From a virus, in IMG/VR virus record IMGVR_UViG_3300047462_000172: a stretch of 64,000 nt of DNA; one strand, given 5' to 3'. The notes beneath the pieces were generated by a model that saw only the letters and a list, made by a program, of their open reading frames with translations, ran no database searches and was not told the DNA's origin. This document shows, piece after piece, positions 19,867 through 32,251 of this stretch. The position numbers and the translations under genes were made by a program. The stretch's first letter is position 1; every line of letters starts with the position of its first letter.

Positions 19867-20938
19867 TTGGAGAGTATCACTTTATCTCGTGTTAGGGTCA
19901 ACGTCTCATCTATCCAACAAATCCCACTCTTATCCCACTTCCTTGACATAGGAAGGAGCATACTCGATCATAAACTTCGACACATCATCGAAGAACTCTT
20001 CAACCAACTGCTGGTACATTCCATCTTGTGTCTGACTGATAAGTTCATCAGCATCGACTTGAGCAAGTAGGGAGTTTGCACGTGTCTCTGAATCGTTTCC
20101 AAGATCACGAGCCATCTCTTTTGCGAACCCAAGTTGTTCTCGCAACACAACATGCGCTGCCAACTTTGCAAGGTCTTCAGGACCAAGTTTGACTGCAATA
20201 TCTTCGATGAACTGTTTCGTAGCCATTTGTATTCTCCTAACTGATGAGAGGAGCTTACTCCGATTTACCGTCCACGTAAAGAGTGAGATAACCTGCATCA
20301 GTTTGATACGTGATCTCATTCTCACTCTTATCGTCGATCAGGCTCTCGTCTCCGTTGAGTGCAGCGAGAAATTCAGGATACTTCTTGAGTGCTTTCTTGA
20401 GTGTGAGTTCGTCCTCTTCGATCATTCGTAAGCGACCAACGAACTCACCACCACACCACATCAATTCGAAGTACTGGCTATTATAGAGAAAGCCAACACA
20501 CTCAATATGGTCGTCAGTAAACGTTTTTGTAATCTTGATGCTCATATTAACCATTCTCCTCATCCACGAAGTCTGTGCTTGATAAAGAGACTATATCAGA
20601 AGTAAGCAACGATGCCGACGGCACTCACCGAGACGGAGACGATGCAGTCGAGTTCACCTTCTTCTTGATGATCATCTTCAAGAGTAAGATCGTACTTGAC
20701 CTTTGTTGCAATCTTCGTAGTGTTTCCAAGCCAATCAATCACGTAGACTGATTCCAACACTTCACAGCGAGGGCGGTTGTGTTCGAGAATACTAACAGGT
20801 TCAGTCAGTCCCTCGCCAAGTTCAATTGCAGACTCGAGTTGACTATCAGTGAGTTGAGTAAGATCGACGAAATCCATAGCCATTTTTAAGTTCTCCGTTA
20901 ATTGATGGGAGGAGTATCCTTACCCCTCCCATTCAAGA

Positions 20939-21451
20939 CTACGGTGAGGCTACGAGTTCATTGCCTCCTCGTTTACGACCACCCGTGATGATCACGAGTC
21001 CAAAACCAAGCATCGTCAGTGCTGCAACTGCAGAGTCTGCATGGATCTCAGGTGCCATCGTCGGCGAAGGGATCGTAGATGCTGCAAAACCAACATTTTG
21101 AACTGCACTAGTGAGTGAAGTGAACTCATATCCGAGTAGATATGTGCCAGCCTTCAGACCATTGAAGAGAAAGTCATAGTTATGACCACTCAAATCACCA
21201 GCAGCGAAGTTCAAGTCCGATGCAACGATACTGCCACTTGTCAAACTCGTAATCACCACATTGCCAGTGATTCCAGCAGCAGGAGTCGTCGATCCAGTGA
21301 TCAACTCGCTGTCGCTGTTGACAGAAAAGAGAGAAGTGTACTCAGTACCAGTCTGAATTTCCTGGTTGACAAAGTCTTCATTCACCTGTGCATTTGCAAG
21401 AGTACCCACGAGTGCCAGTGCAGCACCAAAACCCAAATGTCGAAGTTTCAT
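20939..21451 (-). CDS. Exported protein with signal peptide and VPEID/PEP-CTERM-like C-terminal sorting signal
   Basis: N-terminus MKLRHLGFGAALALVGTLANA|Q. C-terminus 'APEIHADSAVAALTMLGFGLVIITGGRKRGG' has a PE(I) motif, a TM helix and a basic cluster. Confidence 0.7.
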   Translation of the reverse strand: MKLRHLGFGAALALVGTLANAQVNEDFVNQEIQTGTEYTSLFSVNSDSELITGSTTPAAGITGNVVITSLTSGSIVASDLNFAAGDLSGHNYDFLFNGLKAGTYLLGYEFTSLTSAVQNVGFAASTIPSPTMAPEIHADSAVAALTMLGFGLVIITGGRKRGGNELVASP

Positions 21452-21480
21452 ATCAATCTCCTGGTTGAAGTTAAAGAACT

Positions 21481-21520
21481 ATTACCCTAAATATTCTACA
21501 ATATTTAGGGTAATAGTCAA
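21481..21520 (-). promoter_or_regulatory. sigma70 promoter embedded in a perfect 15-bp inverted repeat
   Basis: ATTACCCTAAATATT-CTAC-AATATTTAGGGTAAT. On the minus strand TTGACT...TAGAAT, with the -10 across the loop. Confidence 0.75.
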
Positions 21521-22697
21521 CCAGTCTCACTTAATCAATAAAGTCCATCGTTGTGAAGTTCATCGAAGAACCGATCAGTATAGCGCTTGCCTCTCACCAC
21601 GAAATAGAGAAACATTGAAATGAATGCACAGAACATGAACACCCAGATCAGAATTGCACCAACCAGATACACCAAACCCCTCAATACTTGAAGCATCAAC
21701 ATTTTTCTCTACTCCTTGTTTAGGTGGGGAGAGTATCCATTACTCTCCCAATTGGGTCAATAGCCTCACACTATTTTAGTGAAGTTTTGCAGGAATGTAT
21801 AATGAATTGTCGGTCTCGAAACACCCATCGCCATCATATTTCCGTACAGCGCTGGTAATGACCATTTTGTTGTTGGAGACATGATCGCTATCATGGTCAA
21901 TAGGCTTGATAACTGCACCAAAACCAACCATGATGTTGTATGGGAATCTTTGATCGTAATGTACCAAGCGTTTCGGTTTCATTTCCTATCACCACTCATG
22001 AAGAAACTGAATATCAATAAGATTCCAAGTGGCCATGCGATGCAAAGTAATATGAACTTCACAACCTTCCACACCCACATCCAGAAGTCAGACGACTGGG
22101 CATCAGTACCTTTGATCCACAATACCGTAATTAGTACGTAGACCACCAAGAACGCTTCAACCCAGTTCATCGAACTCATGAGGGGATCTTACCCTGTAAT
22201 GACATTCGGGTCAACGAGCAGATCTTTCACGAGATAACAGAGGATCTCCTCCGTTTGCACTCGGAGCAGCCATGTGCTATCGATCTCGTGTACTGGCCAG
22301 TATCCGTAATGCACGAAGTAGACATCGTCGTGAAGTTGACGTGCTTCTTCCAAAGTTGGCATGATTGTGTTCATATAGAGACCTTACGCCACCCAACCAA
22401 ACACTTCTACGCATCTCTTTGGTGCAGGACGCTCCTTGCTCCAACGAAGAAACTTCGTGATCATCTTGTTGGGATCAATCGTCATTCCATGCTTCCAGCC
22501 AAGCATCCAGAGACGAGCGTGCTCTTCACTCTCAACCTGCCTACGCTTCTGCTCATCGGTCAATTGCCCACTAACATAGCGAGAGGTTGCATGATAGACA
22601 GAAGGACCACCAGGCACCCAATCGGCGTCCCAAGTCAAGCCAACCTGATAGCCTTCGTTGAAGGAAGAGGTAGTGGGATCAATCATGTCTAACTGTT

Positions 22698-23051
22698 TCA
22701 TGTAGAGACCTTCCTATATTCACGCTCAGCCTTCAAGTTGGCTGCCTCATTTAACTGGCGATGATATTTGCAGATTCGCGGAAAGCCACGAAAGTCCTTC
22801 ATCCAGTTATCAATCTGCCAAGGGAGCAGAGTCTTGTGCTTCAGGTAATACTTCGCGGTGATCGTGCCATCCTTCGCATCAGCACCACTGAACCCAATCG
22901 TGTTGTCAAGTTGGGTGGTGTTCGCTACTTTCTCGGCTTCAGTCTGCCGATTGAAGAGAACAACCAGCGCACGTCCGATAACATGCGGACGCTTCGCTTC
23001 GTCTTTCAGCATCTCGATCAGAACATTGCGGTCTACGATTTTCATTTGCAT
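22698..23051 (-). CDS. Hypothetical protein (117 aa)
   Basis: AAGGAGA header, clean ORF. Confidence 0.7.
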   Translation of the reverse strand: MQMKIVDRNVLIEMLKDEAKRPHVIGRALVVLFNRQTEAEKVANTTQLDNTIGFSGADAKDGTITAKYYLKHKTLLPWQIDNWMKDFRGFPRICKYHRQLNEAANLKAEREYRKVST

Positions 23052-23708
23052 CTCTCCTTACGTTGAAGAGATCATAGCATATCGTGGTCTTCCATCCAAC
23101 GGACTGTCGCATCGGAGACGCCTGTTTTCTTCCAGTGCCTTGCGCGTGCAGATGCATTTTTCGATCGTTTCTTGCTTGGTGAGCCGCCTGGTGGTATACT
23201 TGAAATTGGCATGAACTCAACCAACTTCACGATCTCGTGATTGCTTGCAAACTCCTGGCAAGCATCCAGCGTTCCGCTGAATACAACTCTACCTTTAAAC
23301 CGCATACCGAAAGGATCTTCGAGTACTTCACGCACGTCTGCATATGATGTGAAGTTTGTCTCTTTGGTCGTTCTAAACGTAACGTTGTTGATCAGCACTT
23401 TCATATCAGGTTTCCTTTGCGAGATCGAGAGCCTCCAACCCTTCTTCAATCAGGGCAAGTTCCAGTGCTGTTGCACGATTCGCTTCACCTCCACGAACAA
23501 TCCAGTCAGTAATGTCAACCGCACGATTCTCGAGAATGTAGATCATGATCTCCAACACTTCTGCACTGACTTCAATTCGTTTCATTTCCAATCCTTAATC
23601 ATATCCTTCAACGTCTCCACCGAGAATATCAATGTCGAAGCACCAACGATAATCAAGTTAATCATTCATTCTCTCCAGTTATCCAACAAATCCCACTATC
23701 ATCCCACT

Positions 23709-24017
23709 TCACATTGAGTGGTACGTCTCTGTCGCAGGATCGCAGCAGCCACCTTTGTCGGCTTTGCGAATGGCGATAGGCTTTCGTTCAGGATCAAGCA
23801 TATTGTACGTAGTCGTCATCACGTTGACATGCTTATCGTAGTGTTCTTGATCGGTGCATGTGTAGTAGTCATTAGTACCAAGATCAGCCTGCGAACGTGC
23901 AGCGTGTGCACGTGCAAGTTTTCGATTGTGAGCTGCCATCGAACGAAGCGCACCAGCTTGAGTCTTGCAATGAGCAACAATGTGAAGGGTAATATTGTGA
24001 TAAACTACGTATTGCAT
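23709..24017 (-). CDS. Hypothetical protein
   Basis: AAGGAGAACCAAATG header with promoter. Confidence 0.65.
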   Translation of the reverse strand: MQYVVYHNITLHIVAHCKTQAGALRSMAAHNRKLARAHAARSQADLGTNDYYTCTDQEHYDKHVNVMTTTYNMLDPERKPIAIRKADKGGCCDPATETYHSM

Positions 24018-26969
24018 TTGGTTCTCCTTAACGATAGGGGAAGGATAGACCTCTCCCTAGTTAGGGTCAACGAGTGTACCGAATGATTCCGAACCAAAGA
24101 GCATCAGAACCATCGAATATCTCAACGATCTGATCGTTGTCTCTCAACATCTTCGCCAATGCAACGAAGATTGGTGTAGGATCTTCTCGGTGATCACAAC
24201 CAGAGAACTCAGTGATGATTGACCCATCTTCAAGACGAAAACCAATATGCTCAAATCCATCAGCACTGAAGTGCGCTTCACCTTCTACTTGTCGGAACAC
24301 AATCTTCTCCTATTCGCCTATGAATTCAAGGGCATCTTCACTGATCGACAACTCTTGCGGTTCAGTATCGATGAGTTCAGCGTCCGTGAGAACATCGTCT
24401 TCCGACATCTCACCATCGTTCACTTGGTTGACGAGAGCCTCGACAGCCTCGGACGATTCGCCTTCGACTTCCCAGATCTCACGAACAATTACGGTTCGAG
24501 CGACACGAAACTTTGCCATTTGATTCTTCCTCAGTCGTTGAATATCGTGAGTTTATAATCCTTCAAACGAGTGCACGCTTCAAGCGACTCTGCGGTCGGC
24601 TTGTATATCCAAGCCAATACCTCATCATCAATAGTGCCACACCGTTCTGCACCAACTCGAGCGAATGTAGCCTCAGTACCCATATCACTGACCAACGTAA
24701 TCGTCGGAGGTGGGTACGGGAGATTCAAATTGCTGATTTCAGTACAGAAATACTTACCTGTACCACAATGCGTGAACTGTTTGACGCTATACTTCATTCT
24801 TCGTCCTCCTCATCAATATCATCATCTTCATCGCATTCAACCTGATCGGCAAGGATGTCAGCCCAGAAGTGTTCGTGTTCCTGAATCCAGGCAACGATCG
24901 CTTCGCAAGCTCCACTGTTGTCTCGCAAGAATTCCAGCAAGTCGCCAACCGCAACGTTTGGAGCAAGTTGACCGAAGCGCATCGGATCCTGATAGCCGAG
25001 TGCGTGAGCGATCTTGCAGAGTCCCTCGACACCACGATTGCCCTCGAGGGAGTAGATCTTTTCCTGATCCATGAACTGTTCGAGTAAACGAGGCATTCGA
25101 TTCTCCGTTTGTTTCAGTAAGCGTATATTACTTATAACTTGGGTCGTGGGGAAGTGGGCTCATGCAACCATTCGGACGAACTCGCTCACTTGCAGGACGA
25201 CGAGCCCAGAATTCCTCGCGCAGACGCTCGACTTCAGCGATCCGTTGATCAAGTTCCGCTTCACTGATAGCGAGTGGCTTACCATCAATCGGACTCAATG
25301 GGTTGATCGTCGGAATACCATCAATCACTGTGTATAGTTTGCTCATGTCAAACAGTCTCCGTCTCGTTATCGCCAATTGCAAGCGCCTGCTCGGGTTTCA
25401 AGTAGACGACATAGTTCCTCTTACCATCACGATTAGGATAATCGATGAAGAGGATGTAGCCATCTTGCACTTTTGCATGCTCGTGAGTCTTCAGGATATT
25501 CAACACCTTCTTGACCATAGGACCAGTTTCCCAGTACCTTCCTAAGCATCCACACATGCAACCCTGTTTGCCAGAGTATACATTCTCAACACGACCAGTA
25601 TGAAGTCCCATCCACTCCCACTCACGAACTTTACGAATCACCGCCATGTTCATCTCCTTGTTCAGATGGGGAGAGTATACGCGATCTCAAGTTTAGGTTA
25701 AGCGACTGACGCTCGCTGAGGATAGGTTTGGTCGAGTATCGCTTGATCGATAAGTTCGATCTCTTCCGCATACTGACGGATCAGCGCATGGTTTATCTTA
25801 TAACCAGGCGGTGGGTAAGGAACTACTCTGTTCTCCCAGGTAATCTTATTGACCAACGTCAACTTCCTCGAGACGAGTTCTTCGATCGGTAAGAGTGAAT
25901 AGTTCATGCTGCTTGCTCCTGATCCTCGAATATCAATTTGGTCCTGTAGATATACTCTACAACCTTGATAACGACACCGATGTCTCCAAACCCTTGTTCA
26001 GTTGCGAATCGTGAAAGATTCATATACAATTGAACTGCGTCGGAGGTTGGAGCATACTTCTCAACACGTTGATTGAGAAGTTTCGCTTTGTGCCAGCGGG
26101 TGGTATCAGCACCAACAGCCTGGTTGTTTGGATCCCATTGATCGGGAGTGTAATTGCAACTTACCTTAATAGAACGGACTTCTTCTACCTTAATCATAAT
26201 GCCCTCTACTGGTTAATCAATAGGGGCATTATATACTGAAATCACATTCTATGCAACTTCTATCCCACTCTCATCCAACTTCTCGGATATAGGCTCTCTT
26301 CAGTGCCTTCAACGCTGCTTGAGGAGTCTTGTATGAAAGACAGTTTGTCTCTATCTCTGTCTGTTTACGGACAAAGATTTGATTGCTTTTGCTTTTCAAC
26401 GTGTGAAATATTCGTAATGATCCACCCCAACCACCCTTTCGTTCATTGATGGTACCAACATGAACACCATTGAGGAGGATCTTGTACATGTGTCCACCCC
26501 AACCATTACCATCATCAACGAGAGTCCATTTGTTCATATTGCTTTCACCTTGATGCTGTCCATGTAGAAGGCACCACCATCCCCATTCCATTGTCCATAG
26601 CCAACGGGCAGACCGACAGCCTTGCTGCTCTCACTATCATTCAGTAGTAGCTTTGCTTGCATGTCACGAGCAATGCTCTTTAACTGCTTCTTTGTGAGAG
26701 GAGCAGCACCAGCCCAGCCAGTCTTGAACTCGATTGTGAGAGTGTAGGTTTTCTGTTTCATGTTGCTTTGACTCTTGGAACAATGTAGTTGCCATCTTTG
26801 TCAACAAAGTAATCACAATGATCTCTCTTACAGAAGGTCTTGCCTTTGCGAGTCAGTTCATACTCGTAATAGCCCTCGCCAGTATGAGGAAGTGCTCGTA
26901 CAATCGTTGCCTCATTGACTTCGTTAGTATAACAACGAACATAAATCTTATCGCCAGGATTGTATTGTT

Positions 26970-27209
26970 TCATGTTGCCCACGGTTGTTTGAAAGTAGGG
27001 AGATTATGGTCTCTTTCTTCTTGACAGTCTACACAGTGCCGCACACCTTTCATTGCCTTACGGCGTGCTTCAGGGATAGACTCACCGCATTCAACACAGT
27101 GTGAAGTACCTGGACCAGATGGGAGCATTGAACGAGCGAGAGCCACTCGTTCTTCTACAGTTAGTGTAGCACGCTCTTGTTCATCATCAGGTGAACCATA
27201 TCCGCTCAT
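26970..27209 (-). CDS. TraR/DksA-family C4 zinc-finger protein
   Basis: 'CVECGESIPEARRKAMKGVRHCVDCQE' fits CxxCGxxIPxxR...CxxCQ. Confidence 0.85.
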   Translation of the reverse strand: MSGYGSPDDEQERATLTVEERVALARSMLPSGPGTSHCVECGESIPEARRKAMKGVRHCVDCQEERDHNLPTFKQPWAT

Positions 27210-28255
27210 ACGAAGAAGCATACTGCATATTGATCGTAATAGGGAATGATCTGACTATCCTCGTACGACCGGCCCATCAGAGCAGCAGCCTTGCGGGCCT
27301 CCTTCTTGTTCGGGAAGATGAAACGAGTGCCCCAGAAGGCATTGGATTTAGCCTGGAAAGTGTGAAAAAGGATGTTTGACTTCTTCAACGCATCGTAGAA
27401 CTGGCAACCTTTCGGATGATGGAGCGGAGGATGATCCCAGCACTTCCATTCCATTTCCTTCTTGAAGAGTTGAAGCTTCTCGGCTGCGGTCATCTTGCCT
27501 GCAATGATCATTTACTCTTCCTCGCTTTCCAGATATGCGAGTACTTTCAATCGATCTGTCTCTGAGAGCAAGTTGAGTGCTTCTTGAAGAGCACCCTGCG
27601 CTTTATCGAGATCATCCTCTACGAGAATTGCAATCTTAACTATCGTTTCCATTTCAGTTAACCGTCCTGTTTTTCAAGTAGACTTCTTTAATAAATGCAT
27701 TCGGAACCTGCCCTGTATCAGGGTCATATTCCTTAACCTCGTGCAACTTGATCTTACCAAGCAGCACTTGTTTCTGTGCAACCTCTGCCCAACTCTTCAA
27801 CCACTCTTGTTGGTTGACAGTAGCGGTACCATCGGGTAAAAATTCACAATTAGCAAGAAAGTCAGCGGATAGTTTTAATTCCATCCACTATTTAGTTGGG
27901 ATCAAATCCTCAGTGTTATGGTTCAAGCCTATATGTCCAAAGGATCTTTCTCAACATCGGCGAATCGCTGATATAATAGTTCGTAAGACCGCTCATGTAA
28001 ACGAGCACTGTGCCACCACCGACAGACTTCGCACCAGTCGGTATGTTGTTTTCATTGATGAGGGATTTAAAATCCCTCACCTTCATTGAAGATGCTTGTT
28101 TGATCATATGGATCCTTCGGGTAGTTGAACTATGTACTGAGAACCATCATACTCAACAACCAACTCCACTTCACCATCCTCACTCTCGATGATTATGTTG
28201 TCGGAGGAGAGGACGATCTCTCCATTGATCTTGATTTCGATATTGCCTTGAAGTT

Positions 28256-28801
28256 TCATTTGGAAGCCTTTTTTGCATTGTAGAAATACGTGGTTGCACC
28301 TGCTTGACTCATATCTAATTCCTTCATAAAGATCTGGATGACTTCTTTGTTGGAGAGACTCTTGTGCTTCTCATAAAGAGCAGCAGCGAGAATCTGCTTT
28401 CCACCTTTCTTCATCTTTCCGTCAGTCTTCACTTCAACTTGAACACCTTCGCGTGTTTCGGTTGTAGAGACTACCGTACTGTACGATGATTGTGAGGTGA
28501 ATATCCAAGGGGAGTCCACTCGTGCTTGCGCAATCTTCTTCGCAGCCTTGATCAGTGCTTGATCAGGATCGTACTTCTCACCGAGAATGATCGCTTCGTC
28601 AACCAAGCGCTGCGCATACATTCGTGCTTCGATCGGATCGCTGACAGCGAACCCACCGTGCGTCAGATTGTTGATAATCCCATGTGCAGTGGCGAGACGA
28701 TCGGCTGATTCCTCGATCAGAGTTCGAACATCTTGAACTGCACCACACCTACTGGTGTTATCAATATGCAATCGTTCGAGAACGTGATGGACATTTAACA
28801 T
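28256..28801 (-). CDS. Protein with C-terminal 'AGATTY' helical module
   Basis: GKQILAAALY...SNKEVIQIFMKELDMSQAGATTYFYNAKK. Confidence 0.7.
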   Translation of the reverse strand: MLNVHHVLERLHIDNTSRCGAVQDVRTLIEESADRLATAHGIINNLTHGGFAVSDPIEARMYAQRLVDEAIILGEKYDPDQALIKAAKKIAQARVDSPWIFTSQSSYSTVVSTTETREGVQVEVKTDGKMKKGGKQILAAALYEKHKSLSNKEVIQIFMKELDMSQAGATTYFYNAKKASK

Positions 28802-29242
28802 TTCAACCTCCTTAACAACTGGAGGTATATTACCCTTATGCAGTGATAAGGTCTACGTCTGTCTCATCCTCATCGTTGGTCTCGTACAACCAAGGTCTGG
28901 TCTCGTCGAACTCTTCAACCTCCTGACGGGCAGGTCGTTGAGCCAAACGCTGTTTGCGCTCGAACTTATCCAGGTAATTCATTCGCGTCTTAGCCATGTG
29001 AAATCTCTCCGTCAACCTCTTCGATATCATCATCAAGTTCATTGAATCCAAGAAAGGCACCTATAAGTAAGCCACCTATAAATGAACTGAACACCCATAC
29101 TACAAATCCCGTAAGAAACATTTTATACTCCTAAAAAACGTCTACCCACCCCCACATTCCACAATACGGTGGTAAACTACTCCCCTCCCATTCTAAAGGG
29201 GCTTGCCTACATCGTCATTCGGGAATAATATCCCGAATCCTA

Positions 29243-29632
29243 TTATGGGTCAACAGTCCCAGTCATCAGATACTTGAAGATAAACTGAGCAGCCTGAGTA
29301 TATTCACCAAACTTGAAAAACTTGCGACGATCACGCCACGTTTCTGTATCTGGGACATTCGAGTTGTCTTCAAAGTTCTCGACCGTCCCATAGTAGACTA
29401 CGATATCATCGCTGTTGCGATTCTCACTGAATGACACACTCATCCCACTCTTATCCCACTCTACGAGTGAGTTTCGGATATTGTATCCATGCTCACGACC
29501 ATTCTCGTAGATGCTGATCGCCAGCAGTCCTTTTTTAACGAGGTGAGCGGGCAGTCTGTTTAGTTCATCAACCAACTTGCGGAATTCATGCAGTACATAA
29601 TCGGCTTGCGGACGCTCGGTCATATCACAAAT
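29243..29632 (-). CDS. Hypothetical protein
   Basis: GGAGAG RBS before MISICDMT. Confidence 0.6.
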   Translation of the reverse strand: MCDMTERPQADYVLHEFRKLVDELNRLPAHLVKKGLLAISIYENGREHGYNIRNSLVEWDKSGMSVSFSENRNSDDIVVYYGTVENFEDNSNVPDTETWRDRRKFFKFGEYTQAAQFIFKYLMTGTVDP

Positions 29633-29704
29633 CGAAATCATTTCAAACTCTCCGTTAGTGAAGGTAGGGAGATCATAACCCTCCCTACCTTTCACATCCA
29701 CAGG

Positions 29705-30451
29705 TCAGGCAAACTTCTGATACAAAGTACTCGCGTACGCAGCACCCATGCCGAGCTGGTCCTGCAACTTCTGGATGATCTCCTTGCGAGACCAGTCCTT
29801 CGCGGCATACTTCTCGATGATCACCTGCGCCTTCGCCGAAGCAGTGCCACCCGACTTCTTTTTCGCAGCAGCAGCCTTCTTCTTCTTCGGAGCGGTCTTC
29901 TTGCTCTTCACGACAGACTTCCGCAGCGGTCTTACGTTTTCGCGGAGGGTCTTTCGCTTTCGCGGAGCCGGTGCAGGAGCAGGCTCGTTCGCAGTTTCCG
30001 CCGCAAGACCAGCAGCCTCTTCACTTCCACTCGCGGCTTCGGTCTGTTCGATCAGCGCCAAAGCCTCATCAGCAGTACGTTCAAAAATCATGTCAGCCTC
30101 CTTTTCATTTACAACTGTTCGACTGCCAATCCAATCAAGGATGAAATTATCCCTGAATGTTGCCCAGTCGGTGAAACTCTCTACAACATCGCCATCATCA
30201 TCTTCATTACCCTTGATGGCAACAGCGGTCAGGTCATACTCACCTTCAATCGACTTGAGTTCCTGATACGCCTCGCTTGCCATCTTGATCCTGTTCTGCC
30301 ATATTGCAGAACCACCAGCATCATCCTTAATCGGATCACCTTTGGAGTTCACCCGTTGTGTTCCATCAGCGTTCCGCTTCAACAATTCGTTCTTGTTCGC
30401 AAACAAAAACGATCTCTGTTCATCCGTAATCGGAGTACTAAATTCATTCAT
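29705..30451 (-). CDS. Protein with a histone-H1-like Lys/Ala/Pro linker and the C-terminal helical module
   Basis: PAPAPAPRKRK...KKKKAAAAKKK, then SAKAQVII...SRKEIIQKLQDQLGMGAAYASTLYQKF. Confidence 0.75.
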   Translation of the reverse strand: MNEFSTPITDEQRSFLFANKNELLKRNADGTQRVNSKGDPIKDDAGGSAIWQNRIKMASEAYQELKSIEGEYDLTAVAIKGNEDDDGDVVESFTDWATFRDNFILDWIGSRTVVNEKEADMIFERTADEALALIEQTEAASGSEEAAGLAAETANEPAPAPAPRKRKTLRENVRPLRKSVVKSKKTAPKKKKAAAAKKKSGGTASAKAQVIIEKYAAKDWSRKEIIQKLQDQLGMGAAYASTLYQKFA

Positions 30452-30462
30452 TATGCATCACC

Positions 30463-30774
30463 TTACTGTTTCAGAAGTACAATCTCCACGAAGTCTTTGG
30501 CTTCTTTGAGACCAATCTGGGTAATTTCGCGGACACGCTTGATCGCACCAAGCTTATTGGTAGGAGCTTGCGCTTTCAATTCATTCAGCTGCTGGGCGGT
30601 GAACGAAACACGAATCAACGGACTGGTATTCGGAACATCAAATGTGAAATCATTCGAGCGAACACCAACCAACGCCTCGAATGTTTCTGGGTGCGCTTCT
30701 GCCATTCGAAGTGCGATATCAGCCAACTCATCAACTGGCATCACACGAACAGATGCGAGAACAGAATACTTCAT
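30463..30774 (-). CDS. Protein with a ribosomal bL12 CTD-like motif (paralogue B)
   Basis: 'NKLGAIKRVREITQIGLKEAKDFVE'. Confidence 0.7.
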   Translation of the reverse strand: MKYSVLASVRVMPVDELADIALRMAEAHPETFEALVGVRSNDFTFDVPNTSPLIRVSFTAQQLNELKAQAPTNKLGAIKRVREITQIGLKEAKDFVEIVLLKQ

Positions 30775-31029
30775 ATTAAACTCCTATAGACTACGGAATG
30801 TACCAAACAGGTCCACCATAATTCGCATCGAACTTCCTGGCAACAGCCTGTTCGATAATACCAGCAGCGGCTGCACGATCCAACCAATCCTGGATACGCT
30901 TGGTGTCAGTGGAGAGGAATTGAATGATTGCGCCAAATCGAATATCTGGCTCATCGTGGTTAGACATGACTACTCCTCAATTGAACAACGAGGGTAGGAT
31001 ACCTGTTATAGGATTCAGGTCAACAGGAC

Positions 31030-31062
31030 AAAAAAAATGGTGAGACCGTAGGCATCTCACCA
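31030..31062 (-). terminator. Intrinsic terminator
   Basis: On the minus strand: TGGTGAGA-N9-TCTCACCA followed by T8. Confidence 0.8.
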
Positions 31063-31855
31063 AAGTAGGACGTAAGTGTGTTCGTTCTTTACGTTGTCTT
31101 TTTCACTCTGCCTGTTCCGGAGAGTTTTGGATATACTTTACCAATCAATGATGGATCTCTGTTGATCTGTTGGAGATACTCTCTATCATAGAGGTCATCC
31201 AACAAAGTCCTCATCCTGGTGATGACTCGCATGTACATCATTTGCTGTGTCTTCGAATCAGCCTTGTCGATTAACTCCTCAATCTGTTCCATCCTATTGA
31301 TAAGTTCTATTTCACTCACATAGTATCCCTCCCCACCTGGTTGACATTTCAATTCAGCAGGGAGAGGATAGATTGGTACTACTTGGTTGAAAACATCAAA
31401 TTCATTGGTTATTCTCCTTCTAACGTATGAAGGGCAAGCATTGTGAGTAAATGCGCATGGTCCATCTTTTTCAACTTGCCGGTCTTTAGTCTACCTTCGA
31501 TATGCTCGGCTGCGTGCTGAAGGTAGATGATCGCATCCTTGGTTTGGTGAGGAATCCCACTTAATCCCACTTTTGGTTTTTTCGCTTTCGCCTTTGCTGC
31601 CTTTTTGCGAGCAGCCATGGTCTTCTGAAATTTCTCGAGCTGACCAGGCTTCCACTTCTTTCCTGCTGTGCTCATGCTTTTTCCTTTATCAGTGTTGACA
31701 AACGTGCTTGGTATATGGTAAGCTTCTTGCGACGATTCAGAACTTGAGCGGGTCTTTTCTTTCGCCAATAGTAAAGACCATGCTGGCAGCAGGTACAGAT
31801 CTTTGATCGGGCACCTGGCTTGAGGTGGTTATCGCAACCACTGATAATGCATATA

Positions 31856-32251
31856 TTATTCATTATCAACTACCTTTTTACAATTGGTGTAATAGGTAGC
31901 TGCGCCAGCAGGCGTGAGGTTCGCTTTGTCTATCAATGCTTTAATTATCTCGCCACGAGTCGATCCTTGCATCGATCGATATATCTTTATCGCAGCTTCA
32001 GTCTTGGAGCCTGCGGTGGGTTGGTTTGTCTTCTTCTTGGACCTCTTCTTTGGTGCAGGAGGTGCAGTTGCAGGAAAGTCTATCTTCTCGTCAGTTGGCT
32101 CGAACTTACCATCAGTTTTAAGGACATCGAGTTCTCCTTCTATTGTTTTGAATTTGATTCGCTTATCGGTGATGAGCGTAATCTCACCGAGAAGTGTTTT
32201 CTCACCGCGACCATCATCAGATGTCCATCTAACGACGTCTCCTACTTTCAT
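31856..32251 (-). CDS. SH3-like N-terminus plus C-terminal 'AGAATYY' module
   Basis: MKVGDVVRW...GEI; then GSKTEAAIKIY...TRGEIIKALIDKANLTPAGAATYYTNCKK. Confidence 0.7.
   Translation of the reverse strand: MKVGDVVRWTSDDGRGEKTLLGEITLITDKRIKFKTIEGELDVLKTDGKFEPTDEKIDFPATAPPAPKKRSKKKTNQPTAGSKTEAAIKIYRSMQGSTRGEIIKALIDKANLTPAGAATYYTNCKKVVDNE

Noticed and set aside
29588-30997. 469-aa plus-strand ORF
   Set aside because: Antisense shadow of real minus-strand genes. It has no RBS, reads as low-complexity S/L/R and has no motifs.
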